Shown in pieces: positions 15,215 to 25,613 of a stretch of 30,935 nt of DNA (the stretch's first letter is position 1; every line of letters starts with the position of its first letter). The position numbers and the translations under genes are program-made. The stretch is from a virus. Taxonomy: Duplodnaviria; Heunggongvirae; Uroviricota; Caudoviricetes. Below the pieces are notes generated by a model. The model did not search any database and had not been told where the DNA came from. It worked only from the letters and a program-made list of their open reading frames with translations. The stretch covers positions 1 through 30,935 of the IMG/VR virus record IMGVR_UViG_2802429247_000007; one strand, given 5' to 3'.

Positions 15215-15595
15215 ATGACTGAGCGCATAGAATTTGTTTTGCCTTACCCGCCGTCGGTGAACACCTACTGGCGCCGTCGTGGTGGCGTATATTTTGTATC
15301 AAAAGCCGGTGAGCGTTATCGCCGGGATGTGGCGCTTATTGTTCGCCAGCAGCGACTGAAATTAAATCTGTCCGGTAGATTGGCAATCAGGATTATTGCA
15401 GAGCCACCGGATAAGCGCCGCCGCGACCTGGACAATATCCTGAAGGCACCACTGGATGCACTGACACATGCAGGACTGCTTATCGACGATGAGCAGTTTG
15501 ACGAAATCAATATAGTGCGCGGTCAGCTCGTTCCTGGTGGTCGACTGGGCGTGAAAATTTACGAAATAATGCATGACGGGCAGGTCAATAAATGA
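15215..15595 (+). CDS. rusA: RusA Holliday-junction resolvase
   Basis: 126 aa; conserved RusA-family sequence (PPSVNTYWRRRGG...RRDLDNILKAPLDALTHAGLLIDDEQ). Confidence 0.92.
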   Translation: MTERIEFVLPYPPSVNTYWRRRGGVYFVSKAGERYRRDVALIVRQQRLKLNLSGRLAIRIIAEPPDKRRRDLDNILKAPLDALTHAGLLIDDEQFDEINIVRGQLVPGGRLGVKIYEIMHDGQVNK

Positions 15596-16413
15596 AGCTG
15601 GAAGATTTACCGAAATACTACTCCCCAAAATCGCCTGGCCTGACTGATGCATCCGTCTCGACGTCAAAAGATACGCTGAGTATCACTGATGTGATGGCTG
15701 CGCAGGGTATGACACAAAACCGTGCTGAGATGGGATTTTCTGCGTTCCTGGGGAAAATGGGCATTAGTATGAATGACAGGGCGCGGGCAACAGAATTACT
15801 GGCAGATTATGCATTAAGTCAGTGCGATCGCGTGGCGGCGTTGAGAAAACTTCCGGCAGAAATAAAACCGGCAGTGATGCGCATTATGGCTTCGTACGCT
15901 TTTGAGGATTATGCCCGCAGTGCAGCTAGTAAAAAACAGTGCCCTTGTTGCGGCGGGAAAAAATTTATTGAAAGCGTAGTTTTTACAAACAAGGTCCAGT
16001 ATCCGGATGGCAAGCCGCCAGTATGGGCAAAGTGTACAAAAGGCGTGTATCCGTCTTACTGGGAAGAATGGAAAAAAGTCCGGGAAGTGGTAAAAGTTGC
16101 CTGTCCTGAATGCGGGGGAAAGGGTGAGGTCTCCACCGCCTGTAAGGATTGCCGTGGGCGTGGTGTAGCCATTCATCGTGAAGAGTCAGAAAAACGGGGC
16201 ATGCCTTTTATCAGGGACTGCCAGCGTTGTGGCGGTCGTGGCTATGAAAGACTGCCGTCGACGGAGGCATTTAATGCCATATGTGAGGTGACAAATCAGA
16301 TAACACGCGCGTCATGGGAAAAAACGGTTAAGCAATTCTATGACACTCTGGTGGTTCGGTTTGACATTGAAGAGGCATGGGCGGAGCGGCAGTTAAAAAA
16401 GGTAACCAGATAA
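15592..16413 (+). CDS. Q: Late-gene antiterminator Q (lambda Q family, extended zinc-finger region)
   Basis: N-terminus and core align with lambda Q from memory (YSPKSP...TDVMAA...YAFEDYARSAA...C-x2-C ... WEKTVKQFYDTLVV); additional CxxCGG zinc-finger repeats. Confidence 0.85.
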   Translation: MKLEDLPKYYSPKSPGLTDASVSTSKDTLSITDVMAAQGMTQNRAEMGFSAFLGKMGISMNDRARATELLADYALSQCDRVAALRKLPAEIKPAVMRIMASYAFEDYARSAASKKQCPCCGGKKFIESVVFTNKVQYPDGKPPVWAKCTKGVYPSYWEEWKKVREVVKVACPECGGKGEVSTACKDCRGRGVAIHREESEKRGMPFIRDCQRCGGRGYERLPSTEAFNAICEVTNQITRASWEKTVKQFYDTLVVRFDIEEAWAERQLKKVTR

Positions 16414-16418
16414 CAAGG

Positions 16419-16446
16419 TTGATTTTTCCGGAATCTGTGGTAAATT
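16419..16446 (+). promoter_or_regulatory. Candidate late promoter pR' (-35 TTGATT, 16-bp spacer, -10 TAAATT), followed by a pause/qut-like element (aacgatggg)
   Basis: Hexamers read directly just downstream of Q; the aacgatggg element resembles the lambda pR' initial transcribed region from memory. Confidence 0.5.
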
Positions 16447-16495
16447 CGCCCTAACGATGGGCGTTTTATGCCTGACGTTAGAAGAATTTTTACAA

Positions 16496-16518
16496 CCCGC
16501 CGCCGTGCGGGTTTTTTT
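16496..16518 (+). terminator. tR'-like intrinsic terminator (cccgc-cgccgt-gcggg followed by T7)
   Basis: Read directly between pR' and the lysis genes. Confidence 0.75.
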
Positions 16519-16798
16519 GTCTGCACAACAGGTAAGAGCACTGAACCCGCAGACCTCGCGGAATTGGTGAAAGGTGCCGCGCAGTGCTCTTTCCGTTGTG
16601 CTGAATTAAGCGAATGCCGGAAGTAGAACCGGATCAACAAATGCGTACAGGCGTCATCGCCGCCCAGCAACAGCACAACCCAAACTGAGCCGTAGCCACT
16701 GGCTGTCCTGAATTCATCAGTGATAGTTATGCTGCGGCCTTCTTTTTCCCATTCCCAATATAAGAACTACGCAATCCGTTACTTGCGGAGGCGTTGCT

Positions 16799-17014
16799 AT
16801 GAAATCAATGGACAAAATCTCAACTGGCATTGCCTACGGAACATCCGCTGGTAGTGCGGGATACTGGTTTTTGCAGTGGTTGGATCAGGTCAGTCCGTCA
16901 CAGTGGGCTGCAATTGGAGTGCTTGGAAGCCTTGTGTTGGGTTTTCTCACTTATCTGACAAATCTGTATTTCAAAATCAGAGAAGACAGACGAAAGGCTG
17001 CGAGAGGTGAATAA
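16799..17014 (+). CDS. S: Pinholin (phage 21 S-type, class II holin) with dual-start motif MKSM...
   Basis: 71 aa, two TM helices; sequence recalled as near-identical to S21 (antiholin from Met1, holin from Met4). Confidence 0.88.
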   Translation: MKSMDKISTGIAYGTSAGSAGYWFLQWLDQVSPSQWAAIGVLGSLVLGFLTYLTNLYFKIREDRRKAARGE

Positions 17015-17511
17015 TGCCTCCATCATTACGAAAAGCCGTTGCTACGGCTATTGGTGGCGGGGCTATTGCTATAGCATCTGTGTTAATCACTGGACCAAGT
17101 GGTAACGATGGTCTGGAAGGTGTCAGTTACATACCATACAAAGATATTGTTGGTGTATGGACTGTATGTCACGGACACACCGGAAAAGACATCATGCTCG
17201 GTAAAACGTATACCGAAGCAGAATGCAAAGCCCTCCTGAATAAAGACCTTGCCACGGTCGCCAGACAAATTAACCCGTACATCAAAGTCGATATACCGGA
17301 AACAATGCGCGGCGCTCTTTACTCGTTCGTCTATAACGTGGGTGCTGGCAATTTCAGAACATCGACGCTTCTTCGCAAAATCAACCAGGGCGATATCAAA
17401 GGTGCATGTGATCAACTACGTCGCTGGACATACGCTGGTGGTAAGCAATGGAAAGGTCTCATGACTCGCCGTGAGATTGAGCGTGAAGTCTGTTTGTGGG
17501 GGCAACAATGA
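17014..17511 (+). CDS. R: SAR endolysin (lysozyme with N-terminal signal-anchor-release domain, phage 21 R-type)
   Basis: N-terminal Gly/Ala-rich weakly hydrophobic SAR segment ([20 protein letters not shown]) followed by a lysozyme catalytic region. Confidence 0.92.
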   Translation: MPPSLRKAVATAIGGGAIAIASVLITGPSGNDGLEGVSYIPYKDIVGVWTVCHGHTGKDIMLGKTYTEAECKALLNKDLATVARQINPYIKVDIPETMRGALYSFVYNVGAGNFRTSTLLRKINQGDIKGACDQLRRWTYAGGKQWKGLMTRREIEREVCLWGQQ

Positions 17512-17975
17512 GCAGAGTAACCGCGATTACCTCCGCTCTGGTTATCTGCATCATCGTCTGCCTGTCGTGGGCTGTTAATCATTACCGTGATAACGCCATC
17601 GCTTACAAAGAGCAGCGCGACAAAAACGCCAGAGAGTTGAAGTTGGCGAACGCCACCATCGCTGACATGCAGCAGCGTCAGCGTGATGTTGCTGCGCTCG
17701 ATGCAAAGTACTCGAGAGAATTAGCTAATGCGAAAGCTGAAAATGAAACTCTGCGCGCTGATGTTGCCGCTGGTCGTAAGCGCCTGCGGGTCAATGCCAG
17801 TTGCTACGCAGCCGTGCGTGAATCCACCGGACCCACCAGCGTGGATAATGCAACCATCCCCCGACTGGCAGACACCGCTGAACGGGATTATTTCACCCTC
17901 AGAGAGCGGCTGATGACGATGCAGATGCAACTGGAAGGGGCACAGGAGTATATCCGCACTCAGTGCATTAAGTAG
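17508..17975 (+). CDS. Rz: Rz inner-membrane spanin (i-spanin)
   Basis: Start overlaps the R stop (ATGA); N-terminal TM segment plus coiled coil. Confidence 0.85.
   Translation: MSRVTAITSALVICIIVCLSWAVNHYRDNAIAYKEQRDKNARELKLANATIADMQQRQRDVAALDAKYSRELANAKAENETLRADVAAGRKRLRVNASCYAAVRESTGPTSVDNATIPRLADTAERDYFTLRERLMTMQMQLEGAQEYIRTQCIK
17728..17913 (+). CDS. Rz1: Rz1 outer-membrane lipoprotein spanin (o-spanin), embedded in Rz in the +1 frame
   Basis: Lipobox LVVSAC, proline-rich; close to lambda Rz1 from memory (...PPAWIMQP...[14 protein letters not shown]). Confidence 0.85.
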   Translation: MRKLKMKLCALMLPLVVSACGSMPVATQPCVNPPDPPAWIMQPSPDWQTPLNGIISPSESG

Positions 17976-18017
17976 CCTTTTTATCGTGGTAAACATTTCG
18001 CAGGGTATGAGGTATTT

Positions 18018-18368
18018 ATGCCATCACTAATCCCACGTGCCTGCCGTAAGCGTGGATGTGCAGGTACAACCACAGACAGTTCTGGTTACTGCGATAAACA
18101 TCGTGGCGAAGGATGGGTACAGCATCAACGCGGACTGAGTCGCCACCAGCGTGGCTATGGCTCGAAATGGGATGCCATACGTGCGCGCATACTGAAGCGT
18201 GATAATCATCTGTGTCAAAACTGCCTGCGCAATGGGAGAGCCGTTGAAGCCAGAACTGTGGACCACATCATTCCGAAAGCTCATGGTGGCACAGATGCAG
18301 ACAGTAACCTGCAGAGTCTGTGCTGGCCCTGCCATAAAGCAAAAACAGCGCGCGAACGCATCAATTGA
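18018..18368 (+). CDS. HNH endonuclease (terminase-associated)
   Basis: CxxC...HH...N...CxxCH motifs (DHIIPKAHGGTDADSNLQSLCWPCH); directly upstream of the terminase genes. Confidence 0.88.
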   Translation: MPSLIPRACRKRGCAGTTTDSSGYCDKHRGEGWVQHQRGLSRHQRGYGSKWDAIRARILKRDNHLCQNCLRNGRAVEARTVDHIIPKAHGGTDADSNLQSLCWPCHKAKTARERIN

Positions 18369-18515
18369 TAACAGCTCCCATCTGCAGGGGAGGGGCGGGT
18401 CAAATCTCTGCAACCCTGGCTGTTCAGTACCGCCGCCTGACCTTTCCTCGCATCGCCGCAGGTTCGAAAACTTTTTTTTGGAATGTGATTAAATGATTGA
18501 TAGGTAAAACCGATT

Positions 18516-18998
18516 ATGTCAGGACCCCCGAAAACCCCGCCACGCCTGCATTTGATACGAGGCAACCCCTCAAAGCGCCCCGTTAAAGACCCCAAAAAAG
18601 CCGCTAAAAAGGATGAAAAAGGTCTCCCTAAAATTCCGCAACATTTAGGGGCGCAGGGGAAGTACTGGTTCAGGCGAATGGCGGAAGAACTGAATGCGGA
18701 AGGGATCATTTCTCAGCTTGATGCGCGTGCACTCGAGTTACTGGTGGAAGCCTACACCGAATACCGGCATCACTGCGAAACACTCGATGTTGAGGGGTAC
18801 ACCTACCGCACGGAAACGCAGAACGGTGATGTGCTGATTAAGGCACACCCGGCTGCTGCGATGAAAGCGGATGCCTGGAAGCGGATCCGGGCGATGCTTG
18901 CAGAATTTGGTATGTCACCGGCAAGCCGGGCGAAAGTAAATACCGCCGGACCGGATGATGTTGATCCGCTGGCAGAGCTTTTAAAAGCGAGAGACTGA
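18516..18998 (+). CDS. Terminase small subunit (P27 family)
   Basis: 160 aa; sequence typical of P27-family small terminases; translationally coupled to the large subunit. Confidence 0.8.
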   Translation: MSGPPKTPPRLHLIRGNPSKRPVKDPKKAAKKDEKGLPKIPQHLGAQGKYWFRRMAEELNAEGIISQLDARALELLVEAYTEYRHHCETLDVEGYTYRTETQNGDVLIKAHPAAAMKADAWKRIRAMLAEFGMSPASRAKVNTAGPDDVDPLAELLKARD

Positions 18999-20755
18999 TG
19001 GCAAAAGTGGCTGACGGGATCCGCTACGCCGAACGTGTTGTTGCAGGAGAAATAGTCGCTGGCGAATTTGTCCGTCTGGCCTGCCAGCGTTTTCTTGATG
19101 ATCTGAAGTATGGCGAAGAGCGGGGGATTTATTTTAGTGAACCCCGTGCGCAGCACATCCTGAATTTCTACAAATTTGTGCCTCATGTGAAAGGGGCGCT
19201 GGCAGGCCAGCCCATTGAATTGATGGACTGGCATGTATTTATCCTCATTAATATTTTTGGTTTTGTCATTCCGCTGGTGAATGAAGAGACCGGGGAAGTT
19301 GTCATGCGCAGCGATGGCAGCGGACGCCCGGTGATGGTGCGCCGGTTCCGGACGGCGTACAACGAAGTTGCCCGTAAAAACGCAAAATCAACCCTGTCAT
19401 CGGGTATCGGTCTGTATATGACGGGGGCAGATGGTGAAGGCGGGGCTGAGGTGTATTCAGCCGCAACCACGCGTGACCAGGCCAGAATTGTGTTTGAAGA
19501 CGCCAAAAATATGGTCAGAAAAGCCCGGTCGACACTCGGGCGGTTGTTTGATTTCAACAAGCTGGCGATTTACCAGGAGCAGAGCGCATCAAAATTTGAA
19601 CCGCTTTCCTCGGATGCAAACAACCTGGACGGTCTGAACATCCACTGCGCCATTATTGATGAGCTGCATGCTCATAAAACCCGTGACGTGTGGGACGTTC
19701 TGGAAACGGCAACCGGTGCCCGTCTGCAGTCCCTGTTATTTGGTATCACCACGGCGGGCTTTAACAAGGAAGGGATTTGTTACGAGCAACGCGATTACGC
19801 CATCAAGGTATTGCGAGGCTATAACAGTGACGTGGAGGGCGCGGTAAAAGATGACTCCTACTTTGCGATTATTTACACGCTCGATGAGGGAGATGATCCG
19901 TTTGATGAAACGGTCTGGCAGAAAGCGAATCCGGGCCTGGGCATCTGTAAACGCTGGGATGATCTGCGTCGTCTGGCGAAAAAAGCGAAGGAGCAGGTCT
20001 CGGCGCGGGTGAATTTTTTCACCAAACACATGAATGTGTGGGTCACTGCCGAATCGGCCTGGATGGACATGATTAAGTGGGAGAAGTGCGAATATATTGC
20101 TCCACAGCATGAGCTGAAAACGTATCCCATGTGGGTCGGTGTCGACCTTGCTCATAAGATTGATATCTGCGCGGCGGCAAAACTCTGGCGAACCGATAAC
20201 GGGCATGTTCATGCCGATTTTAAATTCTGGCTTCCGGAAGGGCGACTGGATCGGTGTTCACGGCAGCAGGCAGAACTTTACCGGAAGTGGGCGGAGATGG
20301 ATAAGCTCATCCTGACGGATGGTGATGTTATCGATCATGCTCAGATAAAAAGTGACCTACTGGAATGGATTGGCGGTGAAAACCTGAGGGAACTGGGATT
20401 TGACCCGTGGAGCGCAATGCAGTTCAGTCTGGCGCTGGCTGAAGAAGGGATACCGCTGGTGGAAGTTCCGCAGACGGTCCGCAATCTGTCAGAGGCCATG
20501 AAGGAAACGGAATCACTGGTCTATGCCGGGCGTTTCCATCACAGCAATCATCCGGTCATGAACTGGATGATGTCTAACGTTACGGTGAAACCGGACAAAA
20601 ACGACAATATTTTCCCGAATAAATCCACGCCGGAAGCCAAAATCGACGGTCCTGTTGCGATGTTTACAGCAATGAGCCGGATGCTGGTCAATGGCGGTGA
20701 ACCGGAGCCGGATCTGTCTGAACACCTGATTAGTGTTGGTATCCGCTCGCTTTAA
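18998..20755 (+). CDS. Terminase large subunit
   Basis: 585 aa; ATPase and nuclease domains; start overlaps the small-subunit stop. Confidence 0.93.
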   Translation: MAKVADGIRYAERVVAGEIVAGEFVRLACQRFLDDLKYGEERGIYFSEPRAQHILNFYKFVPHVKGALAGQPIELMDWHVFILINIFGFVIPLVNEETGEVVMRSDGSGRPVMVRRFRTAYNEVARKNAKSTLSSGIGLYMTGADGEGGAEVYSAATTRDQARIVFEDAKNMVRKARSTLGRLFDFNKLAIYQEQSASKFEPLSSDANNLDGLNIHCAIIDELHAHKTRDVWDVLETATGARLQSLLFGITTAGFNKEGICYEQRDYAIKVLRGYNSDVEGAVKDDSYFAIIYTLDEGDDPFDETVWQKANPGLGICKRWDDLRRLAKKAKEQVSARVNFFTKHMNVWVTAESAWMDMIKWEKCEYIAPQHELKTYPMWVGVDLAHKIDICAAAKLWRTDNGHVHADFKFWLPEGRLDRCSRQQAELYRKWAEMDKLILTDGDVIDHAQIKSDLLEWIGGENLRELGFDPWSAMQFSLALAEEGIPLVEVPQTVRNLSEAMKETESLVYAGRFHHSNHPVMNWMMSNVTVKPDKNDNIFPNKSTPEAKIDGPVAMFTAMSRMLVNGGEPEPDLSEHLISVGIRSL

Positions 20756-20766
20756 CCGAGGGCATT

Positions 20767-20949
20767 ATGTTTCTGATAATTCTCACGCCACTGGTGGGTG
20801 TGCTGGGGGCGCTTTTGCTGTCGTATGGTGCCTGGCTGATTTATCCCCCGTCGGGTTTTGTTGTTGCCGGGGCGCTGTGTCTGTGCTGGTCGTGGCTGGT
20901 TGCGCGTTATCTCGATCGCGGTCAGCGGGTCGCCTCCGGAGGTGAGTAA
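20767..20949 (+). CDS. Small predicted membrane protein (60 aa, two hydrophobic segments)
   Basis: ORF fits exactly between terminase and portal; hydrophobic sequence. Confidence 0.4.
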   Translation: MFLIILTPLVGVLGALLLSYGAWLIYPPSGFVVAGALCLCWSWLVARYLDRGQRVASGGE

Positions 20950-22190
20950 TGTTTTTCCAGGGGCTTTTTCAACGCAAAAATAACACTCCCGTTACAACAC
21001 CCGGGATGCTTGCGGAAGAGTTGGGATTGTCATACGACACCTATACCGGAAAGCGGATCAGCAGTCAGCGGGCCATGCGGCTGACGGCGGTGTATTCCTG
21101 CGTCAGAGTGCTGGCGGAGTCTGTTGGTATGCTGCCCTGTAGCCTCTACAAAATCACCGGCACCCTTAAAACACGGGCGGTGGATGAACGACTGCATAAG
21201 CTGATTTCGGCAAAACCCAATGGCTACATGACACCGCAGGAATTCTGGGAACTGGTCATTGTCTGCCTGTGTTTGCGGGGGAATTTTTACGCTTACAAGG
21301 TGAAGGCGCTGGGAGAAGTGGTGGAGCTTCTTCCGATAGATCCGGGTTGTGTGGAGCCGAAGCTGAACTGTCAGTGGCAGCCGGTTTATCAGGTGACGTT
21401 TCCGGATGGTTCCGTGGATGTGCTGACCCAGGATGAAATCTGGCATGTGCGTACTCTGACGCTGGACGGACTGGTCGGGCTGAATCCCATTGCGTATGCG
21501 CGTGAGGCCATTTCACTGGCAGCGGCAACCGAGGAGCACGGCGCCAGGTTGTTTGGTAACGGTGCTGTGACATCCGGTGTGTTGCGTACGGAACAAAAGC
21601 TCACGCCGGATGCTTATGAGCGCATGAAGAGGGATTTTGAGGAGCGTCATCTTGGGCTGGGTAATGCGCACCGTCCGATGATTCTGGAAATGGGGCTGGA
21701 CTGGAAGCCGGTGGCACTGAATGCCGAGGACAGCCAGTTCCTGGAAACCCGCAAGTTTCAGTTGGAAGAAATCTGTCGTCTTTTCCGCGTGCCACTGCAT
21801 ATGGTGCAGAACACTGACCGCGCCACCTTCAACAATATTGAAGAGCTGGGGCTTGGCTTCATTAACTATTCCCTTGTGCCGTATCTGACCCGTATTGAAC
21901 AGCGGATCAATACAGGGCTGGTGAGGGAGAGTAAAAAGGGAAAATTTTACGCCAAATTTAATGCCGGGGCGTTGTTGCGTGGTGACATGAAATCCCGCTT
22001 TGAAGCGTATGCCACGGGGATCAACTGGGGGATTTATTCCCCTAATGACTGCCGTGATCTGGAAGATATGAATCCCCGACCGGGCGGTGATGTGTATCTG
22101 ACACCGATGAACATGACCACCAGTCCCTCTGCTGGCGATGACAACGGTAAGAAAAAGGAGAGTGGAGATGCAGACAAAACAGCGTCTTGA
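20949..22190 (+). CDS. Portal protein (HK97 family)
   Basis: 413 aa; position and sequence typical of HK97-family portals. Confidence 0.92.
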   Translation: MFFQGLFQRKNNTPVTTPGMLAEELGLSYDTYTGKRISSQRAMRLTAVYSCVRVLAESVGMLPCSLYKITGTLKTRAVDERLHKLISAKPNGYMTPQEFWELVIVCLCLRGNFYAYKVKALGEVVELLPIDPGCVEPKLNCQWQPVYQVTFPDGSVDVLTQDEIWHVRTLTLDGLVGLNPIAYAREAISLAAATEEHGARLFGNGAVTSGVLRTEQKLTPDAYERMKRDFEERHLGLGNAHRPMILEMGLDWKPVALNAEDSQFLETRKFQLEEICRLFRVPLHMVQNTDRATFNNIEELGLGFINYSLVPYLTRIEQRINTGLVRESKKGKFYAKFNAGALLRGDMKSRFEAYATGINWGIYSPNDCRDLEDMNPRPGGDVYLTPMNMTTSPSAGDDNGKKKESGDADKTAS

Positions 22191-22818
22191 TATACCGCTG
22201 AACCTGAAATCCGTCAGTGATTCCGGGGAATTTGAAGGTTACGGTTCTGTTTTTGGTGTTAAGGACAGCCACGATGATGTGGTGGTCCCCGGAGCCTTTA
22301 CCACAACACTCCAGAAATGGAGCGAAAAAAAGGCGCTGCCTGCGTTGCTCTGGCAGCACCGCATAGATGAGCCCATCGGTGTGTACACCGAAATGAAAGA
22401 AGATGATGTCGGGCTTTATGTCAGGGGACGATTACTCATTGATGATGATCCCCTGGCAAAACGTGCACATGCCCATATGAAGGCCGGTTCTTTAACCGGC
22501 CTTTCTATTGGCTACATCCTGAAAGACTGGGAGTACGACCGTGAAAAAGGGGTATTCCTGCTGAAAGAGATCGACCTGTGGGAGGTCAGTCTGGTGACGT
22601 TTCCTTCCAATGATGAGGCTCGCATCAGCGATGTGAAAAATGCGCTGGCGCGTGGGGAGATCCCTGATCAGAAAATCATTGAGCGGGTCCTGCGCGATGT
22701 TGGACTTTCGCGAACCCAGGCCAAAGCATTCATGGCCGGGGGATACGGCGCTTTATCCCTGCGTAATGCTGAGGATGTGGATGCCGCACTGAATGCATTG
22801 AAAAATCTTAAATTTTAA
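22168..22818 (+). CDS. Prohead maturation protease (HK97 family)
   Basis: Start at ATG 22168 after RBS aaggagagtggag; overlaps the portal 3' end. Confidence 0.88.
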   Translation: MQTKQRLDIPLNLKSVSDSGEFEGYGSVFGVKDSHDDVVVPGAFTTTLQKWSEKKALPALLWQHRIDEPIGVYTEMKEDDVGLYVRGRLLIDDDPLAKRAHAHMKAGSLTGLSIGYILKDWEYDREKGVFLLKEIDLWEVSLVTFPSNDEARISDVKNALARGEIPDQKIIERVLRDVGLSRTQAKAFMAGGYGALSLRNAEDVDAALNALKNLKF

Positions 22819-22831
22819 CCAGGAGTAAATA

Positions 22832-24058
22832 ATGGCTGTTGATATTAAAGACGTTGAACAGGTCGCGCAGGATTTGCAGCAGAAGTTTGACGATTTTAAG
22901 GCAAAAAACGACAAGCGCATTGACGCGATCGAACAGGAAAAAAGCAAGCTGGCCGAACAGGTGGAAAGCCTGAACGGGCAAATCAGCGAGCTGGAGAACC
23001 TGAAAAGCGACCTGGAAAAAGAGCTGGCAGACATCAAGCGTCCGGCAGGCGGCACGCAAAATAAAGTTGCCGGTGAACACAAAGAAGCGTTTATCGGATT
23101 TATGCGCAAGGGGCGTGAAGACGGTCTGCGTGAACTTGAACGTAAGGCGCTTCAGGTAGGTAATGATGAAGATGGTGGTTATGCCATTCCGGAAGAACTG
23201 GATCGTACCATCCTGACGCTGCTGAAAGATGAGGTGGTGATGCGCCAGGAAGCCACTGTGATCACCCTCGGTGGCTCGGATTATAAAAAACTGGTGAATC
23301 TGGGCGGCACTAAGTCCGGATGGGTGGGGGAAACGGATACGCGTCCGGAAACCGCCACCTCAAAACTGGGGCTGATTGAACCTTTTATGGGGGAAATCTA
23401 CGGCAACCCGCAGGCTACCCAGAAAATGCTCGATGATGCTTTTTTCAATGTGGAAGACTGGATCAACAGTGAACTGGCGCTGGAATTTGCCGAACAGGAA
23501 GAAATTGCCTTTACCAGTGGCGACGGCAGCAAAAAACCAAAAGGTTTTCTGGCTTATGAGTCCACCGATGAAGATGACAAGACCCGTGCGTTTGGCAAAC
23601 TTCAGCACATCGCTTCCGGTTCGGCTTCTGGCGTGACCGCTGATGCGATCATTAAACTGATTTACACCCTGCGCAAGGCGCACCGTAGCGGCGCGAAGTT
23701 CATGATGAATAACAGCAGCCTGTTTGCCATTCGCCTGCTGAAGGATAACGACGGAAATTATCTGTGGCGTCCGGGCATTGAGCTGGGTCAGCCTTCTTCA
23801 CTGGCGGGGTATGGCATCGTTGAGAATGAGCAGATGCCGGATATTGCTGCCGATGCAAAAGCCATTGCGTTTGGTAACTTCAAACGCGGCTATACCATTG
23901 TTGATCGCATCGGTACCCGTATCCTGCGTGACCCGTACACCAACAAACCGTTTGTGGGCTTTTATACCACCAAGCGAACCGGCGGTATGCTGGTGGATTC
24001 TCAGGCGATTAAGCTGATGAAAATTGGGGCCGCAACCCGCCAGAAAGCCGCGGCGTAA
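22832..24058 (+). CDS. Major capsid protein (HK97 fold, N-terminal coiled-coil delta domain)
   Basis: 408 aa; strong RBS aggagtaaataATG; delta domain followed by capsid core. Confidence 0.93.
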   Translation: MAVDIKDVEQVAQDLQQKFDDFKAKNDKRIDAIEQEKSKLAEQVESLNGQISELENLKSDLEKELADIKRPAGGTQNKVAGEHKEAFIGFMRKGREDGLRELERKALQVGNDEDGGYAIPEELDRTILTLLKDEVVMRQEATVITLGGSDYKKLVNLGGTKSGWVGETDTRPETATSKLGLIEPFMGEIYGNPQATQKMLDDAFFNVEDWINSELALEFAEQEEIAFTSGDGSKKPKGFLAYESTDEDDKTRAFGKLQHIASGSASGVTADAIIKLIYTLRKAHRSGAKFMMNNSSLFAIRLLKDNDGNYLWRPGIELGQPSSLAGYGIVENEQMPDIAADAKAIAFGNFKRGYTIVDRIGTRILRDPYTNKPFVGFYTTKRTGGMLVDSQAIKLMKIGAATRQKAAA

Positions 24059-24102
24059 TGCGGTTTTTTATGCCCGCACAGTGTTGCGGGCAGGAGTTTC
24101 TG

Positions 24103-24420
24103 ATGGCAGCAATAGTGGAAAAACTCAGGGCGCAGTGCCGTATTGATACAGATGATGCAACTGATGATGAGTTACTGATGCTGTATTTCCGGGCTGCCTG
24201 CCGCAAGGCAGAAAATTTTATCAACCGTAAGCTTTATGAGGAGACGGTGCCGGAAGGTGATCCTGACGGGGTGCTTATAGCTGATGATGTTTTGCTGGCG
24301 CTCATGTTGCTGGTCGGACACTGGTACGAAAACCGGGAAAATTCCTCAGATGTCAGCAAGGCACCAGTCCCGTTTGGTTTTTCTTCTCTGCTGGAGCCTT
24401 ATCGTTTTATTCCTTTGTAG
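24103..24420 (+). CDS. Head-tail connector (gp6-like)
   Basis: Start chosen at ATG 24103 after RBS caggag; small acidic protein following the capsid gene. Confidence 0.65.
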   Translation: MAAIVEKLRAQCRIDTDDATDDELLMLYFRAACRKAENFINRKLYEETVPEGDPDGVLIADDVLLALMLLVGHWYENRENSSDVSKAPVPFGFSSLLEPYRFIPL

Positions 24421-24428
24421 GAGGAACC

Positions 24429-24767
24429 ATGCAGGCGGGCAGATTACGTGATCGCGTAACTATTCTGAATGTCACCACCGCCCGCTCTCCGTCAGGGCAT
24501 CCGGTGGAGACGGTGACGGAGGGAGCTACCGTATGGGCAGAAGTTAAGGGTATCAGCGGGAGGGAGATAATCTCAGGCGGAGCAGAAACCGCTCAGGCTA
24601 CGGTCAGAGTCTGGATGAGATTCCGGCGCGATGTGACAGCGACTTCACGTCTGAAAGTGCTGACCGGTGCATTTAAAGGGGCCATTCTGGGTATAGAAGG
24701 TCCACCAATACCGGATGCACGCGCCACCCGGCTTGAAATACTCTGCAGCCTGAAGGGGAATGTGTGA
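24429..24767 (+). CDS. Head closure / head-tail adaptor protein
   Basis: 112 aa; position and composition typical of head-tail joining proteins. Confidence 0.65.
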   Translation: MQAGRLRDRVTILNVTTARSPSGHPVETVTEGATVWAEVKGISGREIISGGAETAQATVRVWMRFRRDVTATSRLKVLTGAFKGAILGIEGPPIPDARATRLEILCSLKGNV

Positions 24768-25213
24768 TGGATTTCAGTCTTGATTTTTCCGGCCTGGCGG
24801 ATATTGCACGGGATCTGGAGACGCTCAGCAGGGCAGAAAACAATAAGGTTCTGCGCGATGCCACCCGTGCCGGTGCTGAAGTTATGCGGGATGCAGTTGT
24901 TGAACGTGCGCCGGAGCGAACCGGGAAACTGAAGAAAAATGTGGTTGTTCTCACTCAGCGTTCAAAGCGTCGGGGGGAAATTATCTCGGGTGTCCACATT
25001 CGCGGACGGAACCTGCGAACCGGAAACAGTGATGACAGCATGAAAGCCAGCGATCCCCGAAATGCGTTTTACTGGCGCTTTGTGGAGCTGGGAACGATAA
25101 ACATGCCCGCGCATCCATTCATTCGCCCGGCTTTCGATACGACAGAGGAGCTGGCGGCGCAGGTTGCCATACAGCGAATGAATCAGGCTATTGATGAGGT
25201 CTTAAGTAAATGA
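24764..25213 (+). CDS. HK97 gp10-like neck/tail component
   Basis: 149 aa; conserved region ...PERTGKLKKN...FVELGT...HPFIRPAFD typical of this family. Confidence 0.65.
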   Translation: MMDFSLDFSGLADIARDLETLSRAENNKVLRDATRAGAEVMRDAVVERAPERTGKLKKNVVVLTQRSKRRGEIISGVHIRGRNLRTGNSDDSMKASDPRNAFYWRFVELGTINMPAHPFIRPAFDTTEELAAQVAIQRMNQAIDEVLSK

Positions 25214-25554
25214 GGGAGGCCACACTGTATTCCCTGCTGTCTCAGCTGGCCGGAGGACAGGTATATCCTTATGTGGTCCCGCTGACGGAGGGAAAGCCTG
25301 CGGTATCTCCGCCGTGGCTGGTGTTTTCTGTGGTGTCTGACACGGCGTCTGATGTGCTTGATGGTCAGGCTGAATCCAGAATTGTCGTGCAGATCGATGT
25401 CTGGGCGACGGTACCTGATGACGCAGATGATATTCGTGAGCAGGCGCTTGATGCAGTAAGGAAACTGGCACCTTCCGTTATTTCTAAAACGCAGGGTTAT
25501 GATCCTGACTCCCGTCTGAGCAGAGCCACGCTTGAATTTCAGGTAATAGCCTGA
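25210..25554 (+). CDS. Tail completion / terminator protein (DUF3168-like)
   Basis: 114 aa; position before the major tail gene. Confidence 0.55.
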   Translation: MREATLYSLLSQLAGGQVYPYVVPLTEGKPAVSPPWLVFSVVSDTASDVLDGQAESRIVVQIDVWATVPDDADDIREQALDAVRKLAPSVISKTQGYDPDSRLSRATLEFQVIA

Positions 25555-25574
25555 GGTCGTTAATGATTTTACCC

Positions 25575-25598
25575 ACCCGCCGCTGGCGGGTTTTTTAT
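25575..25598 (+). terminator. Intrinsic terminator (cccgcc-gct-ggcggg followed by T6)
   Basis: Read directly between the tail terminator gene and the major tail gene. Confidence 0.6.
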
Positions 25599-25613
25599 TT
25601 TCAGGAGACGAGT

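Noticed and set aside
16338-16676. Minus-strand ORF of 112 aa
   Set aside because: Spans the pR'/tR' control region and the Q 3' end in antisense; incompatible with the terminator structures on the plus strand.
19183-21800. Multiple ORFs antisense to terminase and portal genes (for example 19183..19560, 19736..20212, 21030..21446, 21256..21573)
   Set aside because: Shadow ORFs inside long, well-supported structural genes.
22753-23683. Minus-strand ORFs within the capsid gene (22753..23109, 22808..23080, 23360..23683)
   Set aside because: Antisense to the major capsid gene; repetitive Leu/Ser/Phe-rich translations.
24072-24091. Hairpin (gcccgc...gcgggc) just after the capsid stop as a possible terminator
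   Set aside because: No T-run follows on the plus strand and it overlaps the start region of the next gene; kept only as a possible attenuator, not called.
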